From the NCBI GenBank assembly GCA_031291675.1, contig JARLIO010000084.1, forward strand, positions 10,282 through 74,281: DNA of 64,000 nt. The letters run 5' to 3'. The DNA comes from Azospirillaceae bacterium. Lineage in GTDB: Bacteria > Pseudomonadota > Alphaproteobacteria > Azospirillales > Azospirillaceae. This document shows positions 39,362-49,763 of the stretch, piece after piece. The first letter of the stretch is position 1. Each line of letters begins with the position of its first letter. The notes below the pieces were generated by a model that ran no database searches, was not told the origin of the DNA, and was given only the letters and a program-made list of their open reading frames with translations. The position numbers and the translations under genes were made by a program.

Positions 39362-40356
39362 CGCCGCACGCCGCCACCGAGTCTGATCCGCGGGTCGAGC
39401 AGGGCCAGGGCGATATCGGACAGGAAAACGCCCACGACGGTCAGTACGGCCATGAACATCAGGAAGGATCCGGCGAGATACATGTCCTGGCTGCGCAGGG
39501 CGTCAAGCAGCATCGGGCCCTCGGTTGGCAGGGAGAGCACGATCGAGACCACGGCGGCGCCGGATATGATCTGCGGCAGGATCGCGCCAATATCGGCGAT
39601 GAAGGGATTGAGCGCCAGCCGCAAGGGATATTTGATCAGCAGGCGGGTCGGCGACAGCCCCTTGGCGCGGGCGGTCACGACATATTGCTTGTTGAGTTCG
39701 TCCATCAGGTTGGCACGCAGCCGGCGGATCATGCCGGCGGTCCCCGACGATCCGATCACGATCACCGGCAGCCACAGATGGCTCAGGATCGAGAGCACCT
39801 TGCCCCAGCTCCACGGGGCATCCTGGTAGGCCGGCGCCATCAGGCCGCCGATCGGCAATCCGAACAGGACATTGGCGAGATAGAGCAGGACCAGGGCGAA
39901 CAGGAAGCTGGGTGTCGCCAGGCCCAGGAATCCGATCAGGGTCAAGGTGTAATCGCCCCAGCTATAGGGGTGGGTGGCCGAATAGATCGCGATCGGAAAG
40001 CTGACCAGCCAGATGAACAACACGGTGGCACCGCTGACGATGACGGTCAGCAGCAAGCGATCGCCGACGACATCGCGAACCGGCATGCCATATTCGAACG
40101 ACCAGCCGAAGTCACCGTGGGCCAGACCGGCGATCCAGTGGCCGTAGCGTTCGACCGGCGACTGGTCGAGGCCATAGGTCTCGCGCAGGAAATGCAGGCG
40201 CCCTTGATCGATGCTCTCACCACGGGCTTGCAGCTCTGCAACCATTGTTGACAGATAATCGCCCGGCGGCAGCTGAATGATCGTGAAGATAATGACGCTG
40301 ATGACCAACAGAGTCGGGATCATGATCAGAATGCGTCGGACCAGATAGCTGATCAT
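39358..40356 (-). CDS. peptide-type ABC transporter permease (YejB/OppB-like)
   Basis: MISYLVRRILIMIPTLLVISVIIF... is a typical DppB/OppB N-terminus. ATG at 40356 lies 1 nt after the binding-protein stop. Confidence 0.85.
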   Translation of the reverse strand: MISYLVRRILIMIPTLLVISVIIFTIIQLPPGDYLSTMVAELQARGESIDQGRLHFLRETYGLDQSPVERYGHWIAGLAHGDFGWSFEYGMPVRDVVGDRLLLTVIVSGATVLFIWLVSFPIAIYSATHPYSWGDYTLTLIGFLGLATPSFLFALVLLYLANVLFGLPIGGLMAPAYQDAPWSWGKVLSILSHLWLPVIVIGSSGTAGMIRRLRANLMDELNKQYVVTARAKGLSPTRLLIKYPLRLALNPFIADIGAILPQIISGAAVVSIVLSLPTEGPMLLDALRSQDMYLAGSFLMFMAVLTVVGVFLSDIALALLDPRIRLGGGVRR

Positions 40357-40357
40357 G

Positions 40358-42283
40358 TCATCGCTCCTGCCAGACATTTTCGAGGCGGTAAATCCCGAAT
40401 TGCGAGCCGGGATTCCAGCTGAACAGGCCGTTCGTGGGCAGATTATGGAGGTTATTGCGAATCACGACGGGCTGTCGGCTGTCGGCGACCAGCCCGATAC
40501 TGAATTGCTGATCGGCATAGACCCTCAGCATCGTCTCCCAGGCATGGCGACGTTCGGCATCGTTGTCGGCGACGCGCCAGCGGTGCAGCGTTTCCAGCAA
40601 TTGCCAGGCCGTGGGCAGGTCGACGGCTTCACCCGCCTGGCCGCCGGTCTGGAAATACTGGCCCCAGCGTGGCCATTGATAGTTGGCCTGATCGACCGGG
40701 GCCAGCTCATCCGGGCTCATTTCCGGGGTTGCGACGGCATTGTCGAGGCCGCGGGAGATCGACATCACGGTATCCCCGGCATAGAGCCGGGTCCGGAATA
40801 CGTCCAGTTGCGATTGCTTGACGAACAGCTTGATGCCGACTTTGCGCCAGGTATCGGCAATGAGCTCAAGGACATCGGATTCCTCGCTGCTTTCGCCGGC
40901 GGAGGCGACGACGATTTCGGCGGGGCTGCCGTCGGGGAGCAGGCGGATGCCCTCGGAATTGCGCCGGACCAGGCCGACCTCGTCCAGCAGGTGCGACGCC
41001 TGGACCGGGTCGTAATTGGCCCAGGCGTTGCGGAGTTCCGGTGAATAGAGTGGTGAGGACGGCAGGACGGTGTTGTTGCCCGGCAGGCCGAGACCAAAAT
41101 AGATCACCTCGTTGAGTTCCTCGCGGTCAATCGCCAGGGACAAGGCGCGGCGGAACCGGACGTCGCGCATCAAGGGGCGCCATTTTGGATCGCTGGTCGT
41201 CAGATTGGGGAACAGCGCGAGCTGGGAGCCGACCCCGGTTTTCCACAATTCGACATGATAGTTGTTCCGCTCCGCCGCCTGGCTCAGGAAGGTGTAGTCG
41301 GAAAACCGGATATAGCGGGCCTGAAGGTCGCTCTCGCCGCCCCCGGTTTTGGCCGGGATGATGTTTGAATCGGCGATCGCCAGCACGACCCGGTCGAGAT
41401 AGGGCAGCTGATGGCCGGCCGGATCGATCCGATGATAGTAGGGATTGCGGACAAAGACGAACCGGTCGGCGGGCGCGGCGTTGGTGACGCGCCAGGGCTG
41501 CAGCGTCGGCGAATCCGGGTTGTCGAAGTCATAGTCGCTGTCCTGGCGCATGTGCAGCGATACCCAGTTGCGCTGGTGGAAGGCGGCGACGTGGGCGGCC
41601 AACACATCGGGGGCGGTGTAGCGGGCATCGAATTGCTTGAGGTAATGGGCCGGCAGAAACAGGGTCAGAGGACGCGCCGCCGCCAGCTGTGGCAGGAAGC
41701 CGGGATTGCGGTGTGACCAGCGATAGCGAACCGTCTCGGCATCGGGAAACTCGACCTTGGGGGCTTCGCCGTCGACGAGAAGCTCGACCGGCAGCCCCAG
41801 CGGCGACAGGTCCGGATTGTTGGCAACATCCTGCCACCAATAGCGGAAATCGTCGCTGGTGAACGGGTAACCATCAGACCAGCGATGACCGGGTCGCAGG
41901 TGAAAGGTGAAGACGCGGTCGTCATCGACATCAAACGATTCGAGAATATCGGGAACCAGGCGAAAGTCCGAGGTGTAGCCGATCAGACGCGCATAGCCAT
42001 AGACGGTCATCAGCCGGTTGTCCTTGGCCCGGGCCATCAGCGACGTGATCGAGCCGCCCGGGACGCCGATGGTTTGCCAGGGCTCCGACAGGGTCGACAC
42101 CAGCGGATGGCGCGGCAGGCGCTCGGCAATCGGCGGCAGCCGCCCGGCGGCGACGTCGGCGGCAAACATCGGCGTTTCAATGAGGACCGGTTGCTGTGTG
42201 CCGTCCTGTGCCCGGACGGGACTGGCCCAACCCAGCAGGATCACGGCAATGGCCCCGTACCACCCGATCAGGCCCTGGCGCAT
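40358..42283 (-). CDS. family-5 extracellular solute-binding protein (YejA-like, large)
   Basis: Signal peptide ...[12 protein letters not shown]. ~640-aa SBP_bac_5-like sequence. ATG at 42283 overlaps the ATPase stop by 16 nt. Confidence 0.85.
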   Translation of the reverse strand: MRQGLIGWYGAIAVILLGWASPVRAQDGTQQPVLIETPMFAADVAAGRLPPIAERLPRHPLVSTLSEPWQTIGVPGGSITSLMARAKDNRLMTVYGYARLIGYTSDFRLVPDILESFDVDDDRVFTFHLRPGHRWSDGYPFTSDDFRYWWQDVANNPDLSPLGLPVELLVDGEAPKVEFPDAETVRYRWSHRNPGFLPQLAAARPLTLFLPAHYLKQFDARYTAPDVLAAHVAAFHQRNWVSLHMRQDSDYDFDNPDSPTLQPWRVTNAAPADRFVFVRNPYYHRIDPAGHQLPYLDRVVLAIADSNIIPAKTGGGESDLQARYIRFSDYTFLSQAAERNNYHVELWKTGVGSQLALFPNLTTSDPKWRPLMRDVRFRRALSLAIDREELNEVIYFGLGLPGNNTVLPSSPLYSPELRNAWANYDPVQASHLLDEVGLVRRNSEGIRLLPDGSPAEIVVASAGESSEESDVLELIADTWRKVGIKLFVKQSQLDVFRTRLYAGDTVMSISRGLDNAVATPEMSPDELAPVDQANYQWPRWGQYFQTGGQAGEAVDLPTAWQLLETLHRWRVADNDAERRHAWETMLRVYADQQFSIGLVADSRQPVVIRNNLHNLPTNGLFSWNPGSQFGIYRLENVWQER

Positions 42284-44166
42284 GATGTCAGTTCCTTCGT
42301 CGCGCGGACCCAATGGTCATTCCCCAAATCGATCAATCGGGGACGGGACGCCGGATCGGCCGCGGGTGGGATCGTGAATGGCGCGGGCCAGGCGCCGGGG
42401 TCCGATGTCCGGCACGGGCCGAGTTGGGTGAAATCGAGCGGAAACCGGGGGTCGGGGTTCGGCACGGCCAGGAGCAGCGTCTGCGTATAAGGATGCACCG
42501 GATTGCAAAACAGACTCTTGCGGGGGGCGATCTCGACGATCCGGCCCTGGCACATCACCATCACCCGGTCGGCCAGGTAATCGACGACCGCAAGATTATG
42601 CGAGATGAACAGATAGGTCAGACCCAAGCGCGACTGCAGGTCCTTCAGCAGGTTGAGGATCTGAGCCTGGATCGAGACATCGAGCGCGGACACCGGCTCG
42701 TCGCACAGGACCAGGTCGGGGCGCAGCGCCAGGGCGCGGGCGATGCCGATCCGTTGACGTTGTCCGCCGGAAAAGCTGTGCGGGTGGCGGTGGACATGCT
42801 GCCGCTCCAGGCCAACCAGCGCCATCAGATCCTCGACCAGGGCCTGGCGCTCTTCGGCGCTGCCGACGCGGTGGATCACCAGAGGTTCAACAATGATGTC
42901 GAAAACCGTCATTCGGGGATCAAGCGAGCCGAACGGGTCTTGAAAGATGATCTGCTGGCGTTGCCGCCATTGCATCAAGGCGTGTCCATCCAGACCCAGC
43001 ACGTCGATCTGGTGGCCCCGATTGTTGAACAGAACGCGGCCCTGATCCGGGGTGATCGCACGCATCAGGATCTTGGCCAGGGTGGTCTTGCCGCAACCGG
43101 ACTCCCCGACCAGGCCCAGGCACTCGCCGCGCCGGATCGTGAACGAGATATCGTCGACAGCGGGCATCCCGGCCGAGGCCGGACCGGCGAACCAGCCGCC
43201 GCGCTGGCCGTGATAGGATTTGCTGACGCCCGCGACCGACAGCAGGGGGCCGGCGCGGTCGCCATCGGCGGGCCAGGGCGTGATCGCGCGCGACAGCAAT
43301 TGCCCGCCTTCGCTGGCGATCTCACGGATCGGGACCAGCCGCTGTCGATTGTCTTCGCGAAACCGGGGAACCGCGTGCAGCAGGGCCTTGAGATACGGAT
43401 GACAGGGGTTGGCAAACAAATCATCGCGGGGACCGGACTCGACGATCCGGCCCTGATACATCACCAGGACTTCGCGGGCGAGGTTGGCGACGACGCCCAG
43501 ATCGTGGGTAATCATCAGGATCGCCATGCCGAACTGTTGTTGCAGATCAAACAGCAGCTTCAGGATCTGCGCCTGGATCGTGACGTCGAGCGCCGTTGTC
43601 GGTTCGTCGGCGATCAGCAGCGACGGGCGGCAGATCAGCCCCATCGCGATCACCGCGCGCTGTCGCAGCCCGCCGGACAATTCGAAGGGATAGGACCGCA
43701 GCGCCTGTCTCGGGTTGGGAAAGCCGACCAGCCTCAGGGTTTCCTCGGTGCGTTCCTGGACCTCGGTCCGGCTCGCGCGGTGCCGCAAGCGGTACGCCTC
43801 GCCGATCTGGTCACCGATGCGGTGGACCGGTGACAGCGAGGTCATCGGCTCCTGAAACACCATCGCCATCCGGTTGCCGCGCAGCGCACGCATCCGCCGG
43901 TCGTCGCGATCGAGTTTGCTGATGACGATGGTCCCGGTCACTGGATCATTGAGCCGGATTTCGCCGCCCGCGATTCGGCCGTTCCGGGGCAGGATGCCCA
44001 TGATGCTCTGGGCCACGACCGATTTGCCGGACCCGGATTCGCCAACCAGGGCGACCGTCTCGCCGGGGCGGATCCGGAACGACACGCCGCGCACGGCCGA
44101 GACGATGCCTTCGCCGGATTGGCGGAACTCGACTTCCAGGTCGGTGACCTGCAGCAGGTCACTCAT
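42268..44166 (-). CDS. ABC transporter ATP-binding protein with two fused ATPase domains (YejF-like)
   Basis: Two Walker A motifs ([16 protein letters not shown]) and two signatures ([16 protein letters not shown]). ATG at 44166. Confidence 0.9.
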   Translation of the reverse strand: MSDLLQVTDLEVEFRQSGEGIVSAVRGVSFRIRPGETVALVGESGSGKSVVAQSIMGILPRNGRIAGGEIRLNDPVTGTIVISKLDRDDRRMRALRGNRMAMVFQEPMTSLSPVHRIGDQIGEAYRLRHRASRTEVQERTEETLRLVGFPNPRQALRSYPFELSGGLRQRAVIAMGLICRPSLLIADEPTTALDVTIQAQILKLLFDLQQQFGMAILMITHDLGVVANLAREVLVMYQGRIVESGPRDDLFANPCHPYLKALLHAVPRFREDNRQRLVPIREIASEGGQLLSRAITPWPADGDRAGPLLSVAGVSKSYHGQRGGWFAGPASAGMPAVDDISFTIRRGECLGLVGESGCGKTTLAKILMRAITPDQGRVLFNNRGHQIDVLGLDGHALMQWRQRQQIIFQDPFGSLDPRMTVFDIIVEPLVIHRVGSAEERQALVEDLMALVGLERQHVHRHPHSFSGGQRQRIGIARALALRPDLVLCDEPVSALDVSIQAQILNLLKDLQSRLGLTYLFISHNLAVVDYLADRVMVMCQGRIVEIAPRKSLFCNPVHPYTQTLLLAVPNPDPRFPLDFTQLGPCRTSDPGAWPAPFTIPPAADPASRPRLIDLGNDHWVRATKELTSCARA

Positions 44167-44663
44167 GGTCGTTGGCCGTCCGGGCCGGGATCGCATCCCA
44201 GGGCCAGGAAATTCGTGATCGTCCCGTCGTCGGCCACGATCTGCCGATGACGAACCGCGGCGGCAACAGCCTGCGCGATCCGGTCAAAGCCGGTCAAGGT
44301 CGACTCAAGACGCAGCTTGCCGCTGCTGCTCGTCAGAAGAAGTTCCATCCAGCCCGCCCGCCGATCCCGTCTGGTCGAATAATAGCGTAGTTTGACCCCG
44401 GTCAGGTCATCCCACGCGATCGTCGTTTGATAGGGTGCGCAACACCGGATCGCGCGATCATCAATCTCGATAATCATCAGCCGGCGAATCGCGGTCCGCA
44501 CCCCGAACCATGCGAACAGGACCAGAAAGGCACCGGTAATGCCCGCAACAACGGGAGGCGGCGATTGCGACAGCAGCAGAACGCAAGCGCCGGCGCCGAA
44601 CGCGCTGCGCAGGGCGTCACCGAGCAATGTCCGGGCGGCGTAGCGATACTGTGCCGTGGTCAT
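44163..44663 (-). CDS. small membrane protein, two predicted TM helices plus a soluble domain (possibly bacterial PH-like)
   Basis: 166-aa ORF with 4-nt overlaps to both neighbours. Hydrophobic stretches at [28 protein letters not shown]. The domain call is speculative. Confidence 0.5.
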   Translation of the reverse strand: MTTAQYRYAARTLLGDALRSAFGAGACVLLLSQSPPPVVAGITGAFLVLFAWFGVRTAIRRLMIIEIDDRAIRCCAPYQTTIAWDDLTGVKLRYYSTRRDRRAGWMELLLTSSSGKLRLESTLTGFDRIAQAVAAAVRHRQIVADDGTITNFLALGCDPGPDGQRP

Positions 44664-45442
44664 CGTGCCAACCCGCCTGCCGGCGGTGCAAACAGTGTCG
44701 CGGCATCACACCAGCGAACCGCCGGATGAGGATGCAGTCGCGCCACCAGGCGCTCCAGGAACCGCCACGCGGCGTCATCATGGACGAGATGGTGGGTCAG
44801 CACACCGATCGGTTGCCGGCTTTGGCCGAGTCGACCAACCAACGCATTCAGCACCGGAACCGCTCCGGCGAAGCACCGTTTGCGCCAATCCATGATGTCA
44901 ATATCACTGTTGACCTCGCTCAACACCGCGGCGTCGTCAGCGCCGACCAGCCGCCGCGGCCCAAAGGTCGACAGGCCACGAAAACCAAGTGACGGCAGGG
45001 CCGGGATCAGGCCCGGGTCGATCCGGTTCCACGGTGGCACCAGCACGGGGCGGAACCGGTCGCCAAACAGGGCGAGCAGCCGATCACGCCCCCGGGTGAG
45101 CTCGCTGCGCAGGGTCTCGATCGAACGCCCGCCGCCCAACTCGACGCGCTTTGCCCCGACCGGGGCATGATCGGTGTGGGCGAAACCATGCTGCACCACG
45201 GTGGCCAGCGGCCAGGAGGCAAGAGCGGTCGCGAGATCCGGGGTTGCCGGCTGGGGGATCACCGCGAGGACGATCGGAATCGGACCCAGGCTGCGGAGTC
45301 GTGTCAACGCCGGGCTGCTGGTGATCGCGTCATCGTCGCGCCACCACAGGGTCGCAACCGCACCCGCGGCAACGCGACGTTCGAGTTCGACATCCAGGGC
45401 GTCCCAGGCCCGGCCTGCGTCGTCGATCGCCGGGATGGTCAT
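44660..45442 (-). CDS. polysaccharide deacetylase-family protein (no signal peptide)
   Basis: TLWWRDDD...QHGFAHTDH...LVPPWNR resembles NodB-like or DUF2334-type deacetylases. 260 aa. Confidence 0.7.
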   Translation of the reverse strand: MTIPAIDDAGRAWDALDVELERRVAAGAVATLWWRDDDAITSSPALTRLRSLGPIPIVLAVIPQPATPDLATALASWPLATVVQHGFAHTDHAPVGAKRVELGGGRSIETLRSELTRGRDRLLALFGDRFRPVLVPPWNRIDPGLIPALPSLGFRGLSTFGPRRLVGADDAAVLSEVNSDIDIMDWRKRCFAGAVPVLNALVGRLGQSRQPIGVLTHHLVHDDAAWRFLERLVARLHPHPAVRWCDAATLFAPPAGGLAR

Positions 45443-46596
45443 CGGGGCGCCGCCAGCGTGGCCAGCAGGCGAACCGTCTCCGCGGCGCCGTCGAGTTGGA
45501 CTTCGCCCGGGGCGGGGCGCGGGGCGGCGACGGCCCGGGCGATCGCCGCGGCCAGCGCCGCAGGTGTCAGCGTTGCCTCGGCAACGACCTGCAGCAGTCC
45601 GCGGTGCTGGAACAGATGGGCGCGCTGGGTCTGCTCGGTCTCGCCGCCGGCGGCGAAGGGCACGACCACGGCCGGGCAGCGCGCGTGCAGCAGATCCATC
45701 ATGGTATTATAGCCGGCTTGGCTGACCGACACCCGGCAGCGCGCCAGCAGCGCGGCGAAATCGGGGCGGGCGGGTTCGATGATGATCCCGGGGCCGGCCC
45801 GGTCCCGCAGCGTGGCGACGGCCGTTGCGCCGAGATCCGGTCCGCACAGCAGGCGCCAGGGCACGGCTGCCAGGGGCCCACACAGCGGTCGCGCCGCCAT
45901 CGCCGCTTCCAGCAGGGGCAGGCCAACGGCGCCACCACCGACCGAGACCACGACCTCGCCGGCGCCGTCGCCATCCGGCACGGCGGCGGGGGGCGGCGCC
46001 GTGACATAACCGGTATAGCGGATCAGGTTGGCAATCTGGTCGGCTTCGGGAAAGCTGGCGCCCAGGGTCACCAGCGCCGGATCGCCATGGACCAGAACGG
46101 CATCGAACCAGCGGCGCGCCGTCTCGACCATCAATGCCCGTTTGTCCGGGCTTTTCGCGACCAGGATATCGCGCACCGAACTGGCCAGGGGCGCGCCGGC
46201 GCGCCGCGTCCAGGTCACCAACGGTTCGAGCTCGAAGCGCAAGGCGCGGCGGCCAAACGGAAAGCTCTCGATCAGGACCAGCTCCGGCGCGGTCGCGGCG
46301 AAGGCGGCCTCCAGCGCCGCCGTGCGCCGGATCTTCCAGGCATCGTCGACCGGGTGGCCGGTGGGATCGATCAGGACGCGAAACGAGGCGTCCGCGGTGC
46401 GGGCCGGCGGCAACTGGATGATCCGGGCGGCGCCGAAATCGACGCCGGGCAAGGGCGGACCGCCGGAGGCGACGGTGATGTCGTGGCCCATGGCCGCGGC
46501 AGCGCGGGCAATCATCGCGGCGCGCTTGAGGTGGCCGACGCCCAGCAAATGTTGCACGTGGAACAGGATACGCACGGTCAGTCCCCTTGCCGACAT
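45439..46596 (-). CDS. glycosyltransferase (GT-B fold, GT28/MurG-like C-terminal domain), paralog of 49760..50977
   Basis: ILFHVQHLLGVGHLKR N-terminus parallels LIYSHDSFGLGHLRR in the paralog. C-terminal SQAGYNTMMDLL...VVVP... region. ATG at 46596. Confidence 0.7.
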   Translation of the reverse strand: MSARGLTVRILFHVQHLLGVGHLKRAAMIARAAAAMGHDITVASGGPPLPGVDFGAARIIQLPPARTADASFRVLIDPTGHPVDDAWKIRRTAALEAAFAATAPELVLIESFPFGRRALRFELEPLVTWTRRAGAPLASSVRDILVAKSPDKRALMVETARRWFDAVLVHGDPALVTLGASFPEADQIANLIRYTGYVTAPPPAAVPDGDGAGEVVVSVGGGAVGLPLLEAAMAARPLCGPLAAVPWRLLCGPDLGATAVATLRDRAGPGIIIEPARPDFAALLARCRVSVSQAGYNTMMDLLHARCPAVVVPFAAGGETEQTQRAHLFQHRGLLQVVAEATLTPAALAAAIARAVAAPRPAPGEVQLDGAAETVRLLATLAAPR

Positions 46597-46723
46597 GTCC
46601 GCCGGCCGCCCTTGATGCCGCGGCTTCGCCGTGTCAACGCTGTGCAATGCAACAACGGGGCCACGGACGACTCCGGGCGTCCGAACCTGATCCTGACATC
46701 ATGCCGTGCGAATGACAATCAGG

Positions 46724-47317
46724 TCAGACCGCATCGACAACGGTTTCGCCACCCAAATCCAGATTGAGCGCGGACACCGTTACCTGGCCCGCCGCGACGT
46801 CGAAGCGATGGGCACAAAAATCGCGCAGTTTGAGCGGCGGCGGCCCGGTCATGGCCCAGCCCGTCGCCAGGGCCAGGAGCGCGCGCAGCACGCCTTTGTG
46901 TGTGACGGCGATGGTCGGCCGTGTGATCCCGGCCAGCCAGGGACGCAGCCGCGCCTGGACCTGACGGGGCGATTCACCCCCGGGTGGCATCAGGTCGAGC
47001 CCGCTCGCTTCCGCTGCCGCGAAGGTCGCTCCAAGCTCCGCCCGCAGCGCCGCCGCGGTTCGGCCCTCCCACTGCCCCCAATCCATCTCGATCAGGCGCG
47101 GTTCCAGGGTGGGCTGCCATCCCAGCAGGCGGGCGGTCTCGACACAGCGCGCCAACGGGCTCGCAACGCTGTGCCAACCGATGCTTTCTTCGGGAACCCG
47201 CCAGGTCCGGACCATCGCGCGGCCGGCGTCCGATAAAGGCTGATCGCATCGGCCCTGAAGGCGATGGCTTCGGTTCCAGTCGGTCGGGCCGTGGCGCAGC
47301 ACCAGCAGCGCGGTCAT
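46724..47317 (-). CDS. histidine phosphatase family protein
   Basis: MTALLVLRHGPTDWN is the RHG motif. 197 aa. 4-nt overlap with the upstream GT4 gene. Confidence 0.8.
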   Translation of the reverse strand: MTALLVLRHGPTDWNRSHRLQGRCDQPLSDAGRAMVRTWRVPEESIGWHSVASPLARCVETARLLGWQPTLEPRLIEMDWGQWEGRTAAALRAELGATFAAAEASGLDLMPPGGESPRQVQARLRPWLAGITRPTIAVTHKGVLRALLALATGWAMTGPPPLKLRDFCAHRFDVAAGQVTVSALNLDLGGETVVDAV

Positions 47318-48447
47318 CGCGCCAGCTCCGCGAGCGCCGCGCGCAGCACCGCGGCCGCGGCGTCGAGACCATGATGGGTCCTTGTCTGGTGCCGTGCCGC
47401 GACCGACAACGCGGCCCGGCGCGCTGGATCGTCGAGCAGTTGGGCCACCGCGGCGGCCAGGGCCTCGGCGTCGCCCATCGCCACCAACCGTCCGGTGACC
47501 GCATCGGTCACGATATCGCCAACACCGCCGGCGCGTCCGGCAACGACGGGCAGGCCGGCGGCCTGGGCTTCGAGGATGGCCATGCCATAGGCCTCGTTGA
47601 TGGCGGGCCAGACGAACAGGTCGGCGTTGTGGTAACCGTCGCGCGTCCCGGCCGCGTCCTGGACGCCGGCGTAACGGACCCGGTCCGCGATTGCCGCAAA
47701 ACCCGCCTCGACCGCGGGACGCGCCCGACCGTCACCGATCACCAGCAATTGCCAGGGCCGGTCGGTCAGAACCGCCAACGCCGCGGCAAGGACGGCGTAG
47801 GACCTCGCTTTGTCACCGGGGCGCATCATGGCGACCGTCAGCAACCAGGGCACCGCGGGATCCAGGCCGAACCGCACCGCCATCGCGCCGCGCCCGGTTG
47901 CCCGCGGGATCGGGATGTCAGCGTCAGCCGCGAGATCGAGGAATGGCGGCAGCATGATCAGCCGATCCGGATCGTTGAGCAGCGGACGAAGGCCGGGGAT
48001 GTCGGCGCGATTGAGCACGAACAGCCGATCAGCCTGGACGATCGCGGCCCGCGCCGCGGCGTAACCGGACGCCCAGGGACCCTGGGCCTGCCGGGTCGCG
48101 CACGAGGCCTCGGCGACGACATAGGGGATGTTGAGCCGGGCGCTGACGCGCGGTCCCAGCCAATCCGGCGCCTTGTGATACAAATGGTAGGTGAACCAGA
48201 GCCGCGGCGGGTCGGCGGCAAGATGGCTTGCAATCCGATCGGCGTGCCATTGGCCGATGCGGGCGAGCCGCCGCGGCCGTTCGGGCCGGGTGCCGTCGTC
48301 CCAGCTACGGAACCGGTTGACCAGAATGGGCGGCAATCCGGCACGGTCGAGGGCCGCCATCAGCAGTCGCGCCATGCGGCGGTCGCCCGACGGCACGAGG
48401 TGATCGGGCGGTTTCATCGGCGCATAGAAGGCGACCCATCGGGTCAC
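47314..48447 (-). CDS. glycosyltransferase family 4 (GT-B)
   Basis: C-terminal EAYGMAILEAQAAGLPVVA...GGVGDIV matches the GT4 E-x7-E region. Confidence 0.8.
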   Translation of the reverse strand: MTRWVAFYAPMKPPDHLVPSGDRRMARLLMAALDRAGLPPILVNRFRSWDDGTRPERPRRLARIGQWHADRIASHLAADPPRLWFTYHLYHKAPDWLGPRVSARLNIPYVVAEASCATRQAQGPWASGYAAARAAIVQADRLFVLNRADIPGLRPLLNDPDRLIMLPPFLDLAADADIPIPRATGRGAMAVRFGLDPAVPWLLTVAMMRPGDKARSYAVLAAALAVLTDRPWQLLVIGDGRARPAVEAGFAAIADRVRYAGVQDAAGTRDGYHNADLFVWPAINEAYGMAILEAQAAGLPVVAGRAGGVGDIVTDAVTGRLVAMGDAEALAAAVAQLLDDPARRAALSVAARHQTRTHHGLDAAAAVLRAALAELAR

Positions 48448-49763
48448 GGCGCCACCGGTGCCCGATGCCGGGTCGCGGACTCCGGCTGTGCTGGCGCATC
48501 ACCGGCGATGAAATCATCGAAACACTGTGCCAGATGATCGATCCCGGGCTCACACGCGAAATCACGGCGGACGCGCAGCACACCCGCGGCGGCGAGGTTG
48601 CGGCGGCGCCCCGGCGTCGCGATCAGATCGCCCAGTGCGACGGCCAGGGCATCGGCATCGTCCGGGGGCACCAGAATCCCGGTTTGGCCGTCAATGATCA
48701 ATTCGGGAATGCCCGCGGTCCGGGTCGCAAGGCAGGCCAGACCCATGGCCTGGGCTTCCATCAGGACGTTGGGCAGGCCGTCACGGTCGCCATCGCGCGC
48801 CCGCCGGCTGGGCAGCATGAACAGGTCGGCCTCGGCGTAGCACCGGATCACGACATCCTGGGCCTGTGCCCCCAACCATTCGATCCGGTCGGCAAGCCCT
48901 TGTTGCTCGGCTCGGGCCCGGAGCGCCGGCAGCAGCGGCCCGCCGCCAATATGGACCCAGCGCCAGGACAGCGCGGCCGGCAGTCGGGCCAGGGCGGTCA
49001 GGGCGATGTCGAAACCCTTCTTCTCGACCGCGCGACCGACGGAGAGCAGGCGCACCGGATCGTACCGGTCGCGGCCGTCGCGGGGCGGTCGTTCCGGGGG
49101 CGGGCCGGGGAACCGTGAAAAATCCAGCCCGTGATAGACCAGGGCCAGCCGCTCGGGTTGTTCGGTCAGGGACGCGAGATAGGCATGCCCGTCGGCGGTG
49201 CAGGTGACCCCCCATCGGGCCGAGTGCAGTTTGCGTTGCAGTTCCCAGCGGCGGCTGGTCCAGATGTCCTTGGCGTGCGCCGAAAAACTCCAAGGCAGGC
49301 CGGTCATCAGGGCGGCGTAGCGTGCGACGCTGGCCGGGGTGTGCAGGAAATGGGCGTGAATCCAGGCGACCCGGTCGGGCAGTTCGGCGGCCAGCACCGC
49401 GGCCTGGCCGAAGCGTCGCACCCGGTTGCGGGTCGGGTCGCGGATCAGATCGGCACGCCACGCGGCGACCGCCGGTGCCCAGCCCGGCAATCGCCGGGCT
49501 GCGGTCAGCGCCGTCAGCAACCGGCCGGGTTCCTGATGCAGATATTCCGGCAGATAAAGCACCGGAGCCTGGATATTGGCCAGCAGGGCATGGTGCGTCC
49601 GGTCGGTCGGGTGACGCAGCGAGATGATGACCTGTTCGAGACCGCGGCGCTCCAGGGCCAACACTTCCTGAGCGATGAAGGTTTCCGACAGGCGGGGCCA
49701 ACCTTTGACGACGACGGCGACGCGCCGGTTGCCGCATTCCCGGCTCCCTTGGGTCGCGGTCAT
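48444..49763 (-). CDS. glycosyltransferase family 4 (WcaL-like)
   Basis: WPRLSETFIAQEVLALERRG N-terminus and DGLPNVLMEAQAMGLACLATRTAGIPELI GT4 motif. Confidence 0.8.
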   Translation of the reverse strand: MTATQGSRECGNRRVAVVVKGWPRLSETFIAQEVLALERRGLEQVIISLRHPTDRTHHALLANIQAPVLYLPEYLHQEPGRLLTALTAARRLPGWAPAVAAWRADLIRDPTRNRVRRFGQAAVLAAELPDRVAWIHAHFLHTPASVARYAALMTGLPWSFSAHAKDIWTSRRWELQRKLHSARWGVTCTADGHAYLASLTEQPERLALVYHGLDFSRFPGPPPERPPRDGRDRYDPVRLLSVGRAVEKKGFDIALTALARLPAALSWRWVHIGGGPLLPALRARAEQQGLADRIEWLGAQAQDVVIRCYAEADLFMLPSRRARDGDRDGLPNVLMEAQAMGLACLATRTAGIPELIIDGQTGILVPPDDADALAVALGDLIATPGRRRNLAAAGVLRVRRDFACEPGIDHLAQCFDDFIAGDAPAQPESATRHRAPVAP

